From Toensbergia leucococca (lineage: Eukaryota): 20,000 bases of DNA. Shown here piece by piece: positions 1 through 11,520 of this stretch. The first letter of the stretch is position 1, and each line of letters starts with the position of its first letter. Made by a program: the position numbers and the translations under genes. The stretch lies in contig JALDZS010000117.1 of the NCBI GenBank assembly GCA_022813965.1, positions 54,871-74,870 on the forward strand, written 5' to 3'. Below the pieces are notes generated by a model. The model worked only from the letters and a program-made list of their open reading frames with translations. It was not told the DNA's origin and did no database searches.

Positions 1-265
1 AGCCTCGCAATGAGTCAAGCATCGCAATTCATCATCACACACACAGGCAACACATAGGCAACAGAAAATTACATCAGCAAAAAGTCCTTATTCTCAGCTA
101 CAATGATCATGACAGTAGGCCTACATCAAGAGGCAACAAAAACCCTACTCATGATAGGTGATGAAAAACCTACGCGGTAGGCACAGAGACAAGGATGAAT
201 TCAGAGAGAGTTGAGAAGAAAAGACTACGCGCAGAGACTATACAGAAGGCATGAGCTTGTTAAGT

Positions 266-405
266 GAGAGGGAGTGTTGAGAAATTGCACTTCTTTGGCC
301 CTTATGCTTAATGAGCGCCCTATATGAAGCAGTTCTCCTCCTTAGCTATAGAATCAATCATCATCAACTCTGTTCTATCACAATAATGATGTTGAGAATT
401 GAACA
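266..405 (+). mobile_element. Possible LTR-retrotransposon 3' end relic (polypurine tract plus short LTR-like segment, copia-like)
   Basis: Purine tract GAGAGGGAG (266-274) is directly followed by TGTTGAGAA (275), the usual PPT-LTR junction. Candidate CA ends at 380, 382 or 405. TGTTGAGAA recurs at 390-398. No RT or RNase H peptide recognised in 1-265. Confidence 0.3.
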
Positions 406-602
406 TTATTACAGTATACCTACATTGAGATGTGATGTTGATGGATTGATAATTTGATTTTCGCGATGTTGCGGTAAGTCACAGTTAGTCTTCCGTCCTA
501 CCTAGAGTAAAGGCGGTGGCAGAAAAGCGATAAGATAAGTATTTATCCTCAGGACGTATCTGAAGCTACTCGTACCAAAACACATTTCTTTAATCAGGCA
601 AT

Positions 603-1694
603 ATGGCTGGACCCGCAGCGCTGGTGGTGCCGGCTCTGGCGAAGCATACTGCTACTGTTATTTTCGCTCATGGCCTTGGAGACAGGTACGTATGCAAAAG
701 GGCAACGTTGAGACAACGAAGCAGCGTTAACAAGTGACAGTGGCGCAGGCTGGTACGCTGATGGACCTCGTCTTATCCAAGGGGACTAATTTCTTGATGG
801 TGTTCAGGCTTGGTCTTGCTGAGAACTGGCGGCGGAGGGGAAAGTTCGAGGAGGTGAAATTCGTATTCCCCAATGCCCCCAATATACCCATTACAGTGGT
901 AAGTTCTAGGGCTGCCTTATCTGCAACAGTTCTCTGCTAATAGTGCTGCTGATTAGAATTTCGGCATGAAGATGCCTGGATGGTACGATATAGTACGTGT
1001 TAGAGATGATAACGTTCGTTTTCAACGGCCGCGTTGACTTTCTCCGGATCACTATCAACCGCGCACTCTCTATCCAAAACTCTACTGATCGAGGTCATGT
1101 AGACTACGTTTACAGACCTAGCCCAAGCCCACGATGAGCCCGGTATCTTAAGGTCTCGCGATTATCTTAATTCACTGATCAAAGCCGAGATGGAAAAGGG
1201 CATTGCCTCTTCTCGGATAGTCATTGGTATTTTAAAGCTGATCACAAGGGATTTCCCTTTTGCCCAGGTGTTCTAATCTTTATAAGGTGGCTTCTCGCAG
1301 GGTGGTGCCATCTCCCTCTTCACAGGCGTGACTTGTCCCGATAAACTGGCAGGATTCTTTGGCCTATCAAGTTATATGTTGATGCACTGGAAGATCAAGG
1401 ACATGATACCCGTGGAGAATCCTAACAAAGAGACCCCTATATTCATGGGACATGGAGACAAAGATCCCCTGGTAAAGTATGACTGGGGACAGAAGACGGC
1501 CACGGCTTTGGAAAGCTTTGGATACAAGGTCGAATTCAAAACCTACAAGTATGTTACATGTGGCCCTAGAGTCCACAACGTCACGAAGCACTCACGAAAA
1601 CAGAGATCTAGTCCATTCCGCGGATCCTAAAGAAATAGACGACTTGGAAGTATATCTCACGGCGAGACTGCCGCCTACGTCTGCCACCGAGTGA
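603..1694 (+). CDS. Acyl-protein thioesterase 1 / lysophospholipase-carboxylesterase (alpha/beta hydrolase), 7 exons
   Basis: Exons 603-685, 741-752, 808-898, 957-992, 1103-1226, 1287-1548, 1604-1694, all with GT-AG introns. Spliced protein: MAGPAALVVPALAKHTATVIFAHGLGDSGAGW...FVFPNAPNIPITVNFGMKMPGWYDI...IVIGGFSQGGA...GHGDKDPLV...DLVHSADPKEIDDL. Ser-Asp-His triad motifs present. Confidence 0.93.
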
Positions 1695-2181
1695 TTGGGA
1701 TATCATTGCTTGTTATAGACCGCCACACTTGTGTCAGATTCATGTCGCCATTACGAGCATAAGCTGCTCTGATGTATTTTGCAATTTCAACAATTAGGAT
1801 TCTGCTGGATCTAGTATTCGATCTACAGCCACATTCTGAGACAGCTCGGTCTCTACTGCTGCCAGAATCAAGGAATAGAATATATGGAGATACCATGGTT
1901 CATTTGTTATGACATGCAGACTGCCCGTAGCCGTAGACCACGCTCCATATATCAAAGAGTGCAAAAGTTGACTGCCCACGTAACATATAGGTATGAGTAG
2001 AGAGAAACATCCGAGACTTCGACATAGATTTCGCTTAGAATATTTTAGCCCTACATGAACTTAGTTCCGTTCCACCTACGGATACCCTCTCGTACATTTA
2101 ATGATTCTACCACGAAAATCCCTCTTCACAACTCATCTTTTCAGATACAGTCTGATCCACGCAGTGATGATTTGATGCAAC

Positions 2182-4919
2182 ATGGTCACTCCTGTCTCTA
2201 AGAAGCGCAAGCAAACTACGTCTTCTACAAATCATCGGAATGATTTCCATCGCGCCACAAAACGCGTTAAAACTTCTTCGGCCCGCACAATCTTGGCTCA
2301 AACGTCTGATAAAGCACTCAATCAGAATGGCGACCTCGATGTCTCCGCCTTTGTCAAAGCCCGCGAATATGAGATCAAAGCCATGGCAGCTGGCATGGAC
2401 GCCTCCAAAACCTCTTTGAACACAAGAGCCTTTCAGCAGCTTCCCAGGCAATTGAGAAGGCGTACAGCAAGTCACAATGTCAAAAAGGTACCCAAGAGGT
2501 TGAGAGCATGGGCGACAAAGGAGGTGTGTGGTCAACAATACGGCACTCCTGCCGAGTGACAAAATAAGTAAGACCCAGGAGCTAACAGGAGACCGGAACC
2601 GCGAAGATGCAAGATGATAATACCCCAACTGTCACCTCTCGCCGCCGCAAGCCAACTCCTCACATGCGTGTCCGTCTCGAAACAGCCAAGAAACTACAGA
2701 AGCTCGGAGCTCGGGCCAAGTCTAAGCGTGATGCCTCGAAGACCCAAGAACCTAGTAGTACAGGTCCAGGAAAAAATGCCATCATCGCTCCTCGCCTTTC
2801 CAAAGTCAAGGGAAACGTTCTCGCTAATCCGACCAAAATTGCCTCGAAATTTCGCAAGCGCCAGACTCACAAATCTTGGCTCCCTACACATCTCTATCAC
2901 GCCAAGAGGGCACACATGACGCCTCCTAAGGAGCCTCTATGGAGGTATGCCATTCCCTTGACACCGACAGACAGAAGCTATAGAGCGACACATAGAGCAG
3001 GTACAACGCGGGGCTGTGTGGCTTGGGATATGAGCTATATGAGTACAATTAGAGCTGAAGGGGTCGAGAAAAGTTTGATAGGATTGCTCAGATGTATGGG
3101 AGTCAACGAAAACATGGCAGATGGGAAGAGAGGGGGAAAGTGGAGGAGAGGGACGAGGGGCTGGGAGGGTTGGGTTAGGGCGCGAGACGGGGAGAGGAGA
3201 TGGATTGCAAGAACTAGAATTATATGGTGTGCGAAAGCTGTCGAGACAGTAGACACTAATGGAGAACGCATCGCAGACAAGAACAACGAAAAGAGGAAGT
3301 TGTTCTTTAGGGTGCACCCGTCTGCATTTCTACAGCTCTGGAGTGAGATACTCAAGATCAGTAAGGTTCAACGACCTCCAATCATGATCGAAGATTTAAG
3401 GTATGAGATTGGGAGTATTGAGATTACTGGGCCAGGGTCTTCGGAGGCATTGATCGGCGTGCTACATCCCATATTAGTCGAGCAAGAGGGCAAAACGCTT
3501 AGTGACAGGCCCGAAAAGATCTGGTCATTCCTAGGACCAGTCACAAATCCTGCTTCTCTGCCTCAAGATGCTTTGCTAGGCTTTGATATCTCTGACCCAC
3601 GTCTGCACTACCCACCACGAACCATACCGCAGCAGCATTCTTCCAAAGACAACGATACTCTCCTTCAAGTCCTTTCGTCTTGGCCTCCGGATACCACTCA
3701 GGCCGCTCCATCACTTTTTGACCGCAGCTCACGCCTGACAGCTTCGCGATGCCTACCTAGTCAGAAGGCGATCAATCGGCGTAAAGGGGCTGCCTTACCC
3801 GGTGCTTACCCAGAACCGCTTCCCACAGACCCGAAGATTCCAATACTACTTATCGCATCATGTCTACCATCTCGTGGTGGCCAGGGCTCTTGGACCCTAC
3901 TCCTCCCCTGGAAATGCGTTGTCCCTATTTGGTACTCTCTCATGCATTATCCCCTTTCTTCGGGTGGTAATCCGCGCTTTGGTGGTTTGAAAGAGAAGAG
4001 ACAGATTTTATTTGAGCAAGGAGTCCCATGGTTCCCGGGCGATTATCCTGGTACGAGCGCTGGTTGGGAGTGGGAGCTTTCGGAAAGAGCGAAGAGAAAG
4101 GCGGAATGGGAGAAAAGGCCCAAGGGTAAGAGGGTGGCGTGGGAGAGCGTGATTCTAGGGGAAGGTCGGAAAGGCGAGATTGGAAGAGGCTGGGCTTGTG
4201 ATTGGGAACGTCTGTTCCAAGGCCTGCCCGCTCCTAATTCAACCGAGGCAGACAAACCAAAGCCCGCCGATGCAGCAAGGCCTGCTAGAGCTGCGACGGC
4301 CAATGTACCAGCACCATCAATGTCACAGGTCACCACACCAAATCCTCCGACTCAGTCCTCGGATCCTCCCCTCCAAATCCACCACCTTCCTGTCCCCCCC
4401 TCCGGCCCTTCTACTACCACACCCCCAACAGCCCTAATAACCATCCATCTCACACTCCTAAACCGTGGAACCCCAACCCCCTGCGCCCGCATCTACCGCC
4501 TCCCAACCACAAACCCCACCCTCCTCACCAAATATCTCGCCCTCGCCACTCCGCCCCCTTCCCACCGCAAACAACCTCCCACCCTTCCCAAGACCACCCC
4601 GCAGCACACACGCACCCAGCACCTCGCCGCATCACTCCTCACCACTCCTCCGTCAAATCAGGCTCCGCAAGCGGCGGGCGACGCGGCTTATCCCGGTTCG
4701 CCGGCTGAGGAAGACCTCATTGGGTTTGTGACAACGGGGAATTTTAATCTCGGGGAGGGGAGGGGTGTGGGGGTGGGGTGTATTGCCATCGCGAAGGTTG
4801 TTGGGAAGGAGGGTGGGGTTGGGTTTGGGTCAAATAGGAGGGAGAAGTGGGGGGGGCTTTGTATTATTCGGGAGGCTGGGCAGGGATTGGGGAGATTGGC
4901 TAGGTGGGAGGCTGTGTGA
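2182..4919 (+). CDS. POP1: RNase P/MRP protein subunit POP1 (about 884 aa), 2 exons
   Basis: Exons 2182-2523 and 2607-4919; intron GTGTGT..GCTAAC..AAG. POP1 motifs: FVKAREYEIKAM, RAFQQLPRQLRRRTASHNVKKVPKRLR, WLPTHLYHAKRAHM, WDMSY, POPLD-region PWFPGDYPGT, C-terminal LIGFVTTGNFNLGEGRGVGVG. Confidence 0.95.
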
Positions 4920-5770
4920 TGGAGTTGCGGGCATAGTGGGAGGGAAGAATCAGGGAATTTGCTATGGTTGGTCGCGGGGCTTTCCAGAACGATGGGTTCC
5001 TCCCTGTCTTGTTGATCGGTTAATCTTGCGTGAAGACGAACCTGCTATTCAAGATTCCACAGACCGCTCCTAGCAGCAGCCGCACAGCGCGTTCATCAAA
5101 TCCCAAACTCGAGACTTTATTTCATTCTCTTCACCCAAATTGACACCTATCCTATCTCTCCATGCACAATTCCCCACCCAGAAACCAACCCCCCCCATCC
5201 CTTCAATCCTCCCAACAAACCCCCTCCAATCACAAACGCACCCGCTATCCTCCCTTCATATCTACCAATCCGTCTCATTCTCTCCCCTTTGCAATCCTCG
5301 ATTGATCCTCTTCACAGTCCCTCCCTCTTCTAATAGCTTGGTGTATCTTCTCGAATTTCCCAGCCACGCGGCTTTCGTGCTGCGCCGTGCTGCTGGAGAG
5401 GAGAGTCTCGAAGGCATTCGAGGAGCCCATGGGAGGGTGATTGGAAGGGGGTTGTGGCGGCGGAGAAGAATGGCAGATGAGGTGACTTGGGTATTCTTTC
5501 TGCTGGTTAATGGGTAAGGGGTGATTATTAGGGGTAGATCCTGTTTGATAGGGTGTAGAAAGCGGGACGTGGGAAATTATTATCTTGGGGATCCCGCTTG
5601 CCAAAAAATCACTCAAGCGTTGAACAGCCATATGTTCGTTGGTATCTAAATGTAACTACCAACCCTTGCACCTTGGTATCAGCGAAGCAAGCAAGCAAAA
5701 AGCCATTTACGCCTCCGACCCACTGCCCCACGGCGCCTGTAATCCGAGAAAAGCTCGCAAATCCGCACTT

Positions 5771-7939
5771 TTACATTACGACCGCAACATGATCGTCCAT
5801 GTACTGGCTGATATCGCCCAAGAAGCACCCCGCAATGATACTGATGCACCCAAACGCAATCGAGGCGAGGTAAACGTACTTGTAGCTTTCTGCGAACGCC
5901 ACTTGGCCGGCCTGAACCAGAATGTTATAGGCGGTCTCGTTCTTGCCAATACCAGGTATCAGGCGCAGATCGTCAAGCAGTGAAGCCGAGGTTAGTTCAA
6001 TTGCTTGCTTGATGTACTTGGGATTGGTGAAACCGAGTTCGAGGATCATGGCGCCACCTATGTATTGCTCTGCCATAGGAATGAATTTGCTCTTGAAGAC
6101 GTTGAAATAAATGGCGTAACCGATGGCGCCCCCGAGAACACGAATGGCAAGTGTGAAGGAGGCAATAGTGGCGATCAGGTCCTACCGAAACGAAAGATTA
6201 GCATGCTGGGAGCCATTGTGGTGCGGGATAGGAAGGATTATGTGGGGAATTTACGTCAGGGCAGATAATAGTTGTCATGATAGAAGCTGGAACGACAATG
6301 CCGCCAATACCGAGGCCAGCGAGAACCAAAAGGCCCCAGACCTGATAGAGATTGTCCGGCTTTACTATTGAGAGAGACCCAACTCCTGCGATTGAAATCA
6401 GTATCAACAAACGATGCCGGCCCCGGAAAAGGAGGCAATATCATACCGGCAGTCATCAGCACCGACGAAACAATCAGAAGCTCCTTGTTCCGACCTCTGA
6501 AGTAACTAAGTAGACAGAGAACAATAATCGCCCCTGTCATGATTGCGAGTGCAATAGGAAGTCCTCGAATACCAACACCAACGGGAGAATGGCCGTATAC
6601 ATTAAATGCTTGGGTAGGCCAGAACATGAGGATGGCAAAGAAATTGGTACCAGAGACAAACGTGATGACAAGTGTCAATGCGAGGGTACGAGGAGCCTGG
6701 TTGAGGCGCTTGGGAAACATCGGGAACTTTGCGCCATATATCTCCCAGAAAACGAAGCCAATAATTAGAACTCCTCCAAGTATCAGAGGCACAAGGACAT
6801 GAGCGGTTTTCCAGGGATACTATACTTGGCATTAGATTATGCTTGCTTGAGGACGCCATGATAAAGATATCGTACCTGGTCGCCTCCCCATTGCAGGCCC
6901 GCCATGAAGAGTAGCATTCCGGCAATGCTCAAGAAGCCTCCAACATAGTCGATCTGGCTAAGGACTTCTTTTCGCGACAAGCCTTTTGAGTTCGGTCTCG
7001 GTGGTGGGAAGTAAAAGAATAGCGTCATGAGCAATCCAACGGCTCCGAAGACGCCACAGAGAAGACCGCAATACCTCCATCCAGCGTGGGAGGCTATGAG
7101 CTGGGACCACAACACAGAGGGGCAGAATGGGACGATACAGAAGATCAACATCGCGACATACTTACCGCGCTTGGCCGTCGGTGCTAGCTCGGCTGTGACA
7201 GCAAGTGCGGTGAGTTCGTTCATGCCGGCCCCAATACCAGCAAAAACCATGCCACCTAGAATTATATCAGCATGACTAATTGCCAAAAGCATGAGTTTCA
7301 GACTCACATATGAATGTATTCATCGTATGTGCAGTCGAACAAATTATCATACCCATTACGAGGGAAGTAGCGCCGATCAGAGAAACGTAGCGGCGGCCAA
7401 TGAGATCAGAAATTGACCCAACAAAGGGGCAAACTGCCGCGAGCGCCAGAAGGTAACCAAGAATCTAGCGTGCTGTCAATTGAGAGGTAGAAACAGATGG
7501 TTTCAAAGTCGTACCATCCAGATCCACCTATCGGTTCCACCAATATCTCCGTATATATAAGGTGGAATACCGCCTAGTCCAGGCATTAGATCCATCTCGG
7601 ATACGTGGTTGATGCTAAGGACATACCAAATATGTAGACTGGGATCTGTGAGCCAACCCATAGAAAAGCCATGGCAACCAAGGACATGATCCTCTTGAAG
7701 GACATCTGACCAGTCATGTTAGCTTCCCAGCGACTTTGGAGGTAAGATGAGCAATGTACTGGAGGCTCATGATCATGATCCTCGTCATCGCCATAAGTTC
7801 TCAATCCGTCTTTTTCGTAGTAATTGTCATGGCCAGGCACACGTTCGTTTGTATGTACAACTTCAACACGATGCGAGGGCTCATTCTTCTCAGTAGCTGG
7901 GGAGGAGGACGAAAACTCGGAGCTGGAAGCACGCTCCAT
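5771..7939 (-). CDS. MFS drug/toxin efflux transporter, fungal trichothecene efflux pump (TRI12)-like family, about 589 aa, 8 exons
   Basis: Exons on the minus strand: 7939-7760, 7705-7627, 7573-7515, 7464-7308, 7255-6876, 6819-6447, 6385-6255, 6181-5771; total 1770 nt, in frame. MFS motif GSISDLIGRRY, plus ELAPTAKRG, WRYC, IDYVGGFLSIAG, LQWGGDQYPW and many hydrophobic helices. Confidence 0.9.
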
Positions 7940-8785
7940 TATTACGAAGATGTCGAGAAGACTGGAATTACGTATAGAGGATCAAAGAGAAGCAGAATGT
8001 GGTGAGTTGAGGTCTTGACATGTCATATAAGCAACGAGAGGAGCTTCAACTATATGTTGCCTAGGCTCAGTGCACACCACCGTTCTAATCCTTTCAGAGG
8101 GGTATGGCAGGAGGATCAGAGGGAGAGTCTCGTCAACTGACGCATGGACGGAGACATCCCAGCCATGACCGACACTGTGATTGGCAAGGAGAAATAAGAT
8201 GAGCATGGTGGGCATAGAATTAATGAGACTTAGCCGAGCCGTGGCGGAGGTCGAGGTAATGACGGTCAAGCTGTAAGCTGTACTGGCCAGTGACTGGCTC
8301 GACTGAGGTGGCTCGAGGGTGGTCAGTAGATGCCACAACCGAGGCCTAAAAGTCGTTGCCGAAAAGTGGGGTAGTGTTGCGAATAGATCGCCGTCAATCT
8401 GGTGTGATAATATAATAGCATAACCCTAACGACCAATGATCTAGCCCTGGCCACCCACACATTCCCGTTTCGGGGCCCACTCCGGCCACTGGCGGACGCT
8501 AGAACTTTGCTATCCACACCAAAGAATACCTTGATGTTCCCTATTCAGGAACTGTATCTTGGTCTACAATGGAATATATGCCTTTGGTAATACGAAGCAA
8601 TGCAACTCTAACTCAGTCTATGCATCATCTTCGACGGATCGTTACTATTCAGATATTCGACACTCGACCATTGTATGAAAGGCCTCTGATCGCCACGCCA
8701 ATTCTGTGCTTACAGCAATTACTACCGCTGCGCATAATCCAAATCGTTTATCGAAGGTAACATAACGAGCCAAGCTTCCACATCA

Positions 8786-9381
8786 TCATGCAGGAGGTGT
8801 GTCGTGTATGACAACGAGAAGGAATTTCGAGTCTGTTCATCCACCTTAGTAAGCTGCTACCACATTGACTGCATGCATGACAAAAAAGCCTTGGCTTTTG
8901 CTTGAGCACTAACCTGGGACAATGACAATCTCGTTCTTCCGTGTCCTGAGTCTTAACAACTTGACCTCATCTCCCTTGTCCATACCTTCAACGCACTCTC
9001 GCGCTCCTTGAACGAGCGAGAAGACCATTTTCGCAACTTCGTCGGCCGTTTTGGTGCCTCTGTCTTCATGAGTACCTATGTCTTCTTTGCTGCTAAGACC
9101 TTCCCCGACAACATCATCAATCCCGTCAATTCCGCCGCTGATCCCAGCAGAGCTGCGTGGGTCTCCAGTGATTAGCACATCCGACGGAGGATCTGCGAGT
9201 AGGCCACTGCTGCGTATGATAGACCCGTCGGCCTTCGAAAGAATTAAGGTGGACTGCACACCTGGTTTCGCAGCTAGGCGAGATAGATTTTCCAAAGTCG
9301 ACGAAGGCTACACATGCCTCAGCACAGTATTTTTCTTTTTCACTGATGGAGTCCGTGATCACGCACCGTAGACTGCACCAT
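8786..9381 (-). CDS. Roadblock/LC7-family dynein light chain (about 151 aa), 3 exons
   Basis: Exons 9381-9367 (MVQST), 9307-8914, 8832-8786, with GT-AG introns. Peptides LSRLAAKPGVQSTLILSKADGSIIRS and DEVKLLRLRTRKNEIVIVPDSKFLLVVIHD match the roadblock consensus. The first exon is less certain. Confidence 0.85.
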
Positions 9382-9641
9382 TGTCAATGATAAATTCTCA
9401 TATAGATCGGAGACAACGGTTTTTAGTGAGCTATCGGCATAATCAAAATACTACGCCTCAAGAAAGCTTGTAGCACACATTCAGATATGAAATGACCATG
9501 AACTCAATGTTTACGTTGTAATTTGATCCAAGATCATGTATTTTACCACTGATCCCACCAGGTGTATCATTACCCACCAGCGTATCAAATTTTTCTCTTT
9601 TCAAAGATCAAGAATGGAAGTCATAAGATAATACATACGCG
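9382..9641. promoter_or_regulatory. 260-bp divergent promoter shared by roadblock and IPI1, with an RRPE-like motif
   Basis: Head-to-head start codons at 9381 (-) and 9642 (+). AAATTTTTC at 9587-9595 resembles the ribosome-biogenesis RRPE element. CCCACCAG is repeated at 9554-9561 and 9573-9580. Confidence 0.45.
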
Positions 9642-10764
9642 ATGGGATCAAGTGCGAAGAAGAAAAAGGACAAGAAGAAGGACTTTCAGGTATACCGATC
9701 GGCTCTTGGATCGTCCTTCGCTAAACAGAGATTTCTAGAAACCCAAATTGAAGGTTGGCAAAGTACGCCCAAAGGCATCTAATTTTACAGACACGAGCTT
9801 CAAATCCAAGTGTTAGCCCCGGATATTGAGATAGCTCTATACATGGCTAAGTCGAGCTCCAGCTATCGTCTTACGGCAACAATCTCTTGCGACCGCTGCG
9901 CCGTCATCATCGTCCCAATTTTCACACCATCTCTCCCTCTTGACCTCTCGCTCCGACAGTCAGCGCAGGGATTCTCTAAGCTACCTCATAACAGCCATTA
10001 CATCGCGGTCGATTGATACGCGCTTACAGCAGCCTGTCAGTGTCATATTACCGAAGCTACTACCGCTCTTCCTCGATGTCAGCAACAGTGTACGAGCCCA
10101 GCTTGTCAAGTTGCTGCGCTCACTCCCGTCCAACGATGTAGAAGACCACGTCAGTCAGCTGGTGCTGTACATCCGTGCAGGGATGACACATCTAGCAGCC
10201 GACATACGGAGCTCCGCTATGGACATATTGTGGTGGGCCTTGGAAGCCGCTGGTCAAGAGCTGGTATCGTGTGCTGGTGGTTGGGTCAAAACATTAAAGT
10301 GCTTTTTGGCAATGCTCAGTTGGCCTAACAATACCTCGGCCGCTACGTGGACTTCCAGTAGTGCTTCATTTGGAAACATAGGAACCGAAGGCAAGGCGTA
10401 TGTCAAGAGTCTTAATGTCATGGCCGCGTTCTTTCGCGTAGGTCTGGTCTCAGGTTCCGAGAAGAGTGATGGACCTCCGTTGGTTGGGACCTTTCCACTG
10501 TGGCATGTTGAGCACCATATACTACCGAAGAGGTCCAATTGCTTCGCGGGCCTAAACTTGTTCGGGTTGCCGAGGGACGAAGAAGGTGAGATGTATGAAG
10601 ATCGAGAGGACAGACAAAGTATCTACCACAAACGATTTCGGCAAGCTGTCGATAAAGGACTGGACGCAGCTAAAAGAGAAGCTGGTGAAGTTGGCAGGGC
10701 TGCCGCTGGTGTGAAGAAGGTATTGATCGAGGGCATGCATGACTATAAGGATGAGGGCTACTGA
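9642..10764 (+). CDS. IPI1: Pre-rRNA-processing protein IPI1 (Rix1 complex), about 340 aa, 3 exons
   Basis: Exons 9642-9689, 9739-9811, 9863-10764; 1023 nt, in frame. N-terminus MGSSAKKKKDKKKDFQKPKLKVGKVRPKASNFTDTSFKSKSIVLRQQSL and YIRAGMTHLAADIR are characteristic of IPI1/TEX10. Confidence 0.93.
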
Positions 10765-11331
10765 AGATCAGGCTCATGAATATACCCCCCGGATGTCTAT
10801 GTATTTGTATTTCATATTCGACTTTCCGCCACTTTTCATCTATTGATTAGGGCTTAAAGCAATCATCTATGAGTGATAAAGTATTCTCGGGCTCTTTAAA
10901 TAGAAGCATCGGGTTGATGTAACAAGGAATTTTTACATGAAAGTATTCAGCTAAATGTTTGATTTGGAAATGCTTGATAAAATAAGGCAGTTGATTCCAC
11001 CTACCTAGTGCCCTCGTGCCCTCGCCCTGGCACAATATTGCCCAGGCTCGCTAGAGAACATTGCGATTTCACACCACATACATGACTCGATTCCCCACCA
11101 CTTTTGCACGCCATCTACCACTTGATTTGCGTGCCATTTAGGAGCGGAGTGACGTAGGAAATACTACGGATTTTGTACCACGTTTTCGCTTGACTCTCCA
11201 CCTCATCCTCCCACCCCAATATAGCACCGTCGCATTCCATCCTTAACACATTTGCTTCATAGTTCATCACCCAACTCTCACGTAGATGCTGGACTATTCA
11301 GGCCTTCAAATTGTGGCCAATTTATGTAGAC

Positions 11332-11430
11332 AATCAAGTGAAATCATGATGTTTCCCTACGATTGCGCCCGGGGTAGGAAGGGGTGAAGAATCAAGTGAA
11401 AATGTGGTACCAAGTCATGATGTTTCCCTA
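11332..11430 (+). repeat. Short interrupted direct duplication
   Basis: AATCAAGTGAAA at 11332-11343 and 11390-11401; TCATGATGTTTCCCTA at 11344-11359 and 11415-11430. The second copy has a 13-nt spacer between the two blocks. Confidence 0.75.
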
Positions 11431-11520
11431 GATTATTGCTTCTCTATGAGGTACTCGTAGATGGTATGCAATAGAGGTTAAAGACTGAAGTCAAAATGTG
11501 TCTAGTATGCACGTGACGTT

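Noticed and set aside
2107..4437. Antisense and alternate-frame ORFs over POP1 (e.g. 2107-2628 -, 2937-3317 -)
   Set aside because: Shadow ORFs of a conserved coding sequence, with no recognisable motifs.
7982..8760. ORFs 7982-8338 (-), 8323-8517 (-) and 8569-8760 (+)
   Set aside because: They lie in the MFS promoter/5' UTR and roadblock 3' region, and show no homology cues or splice support.
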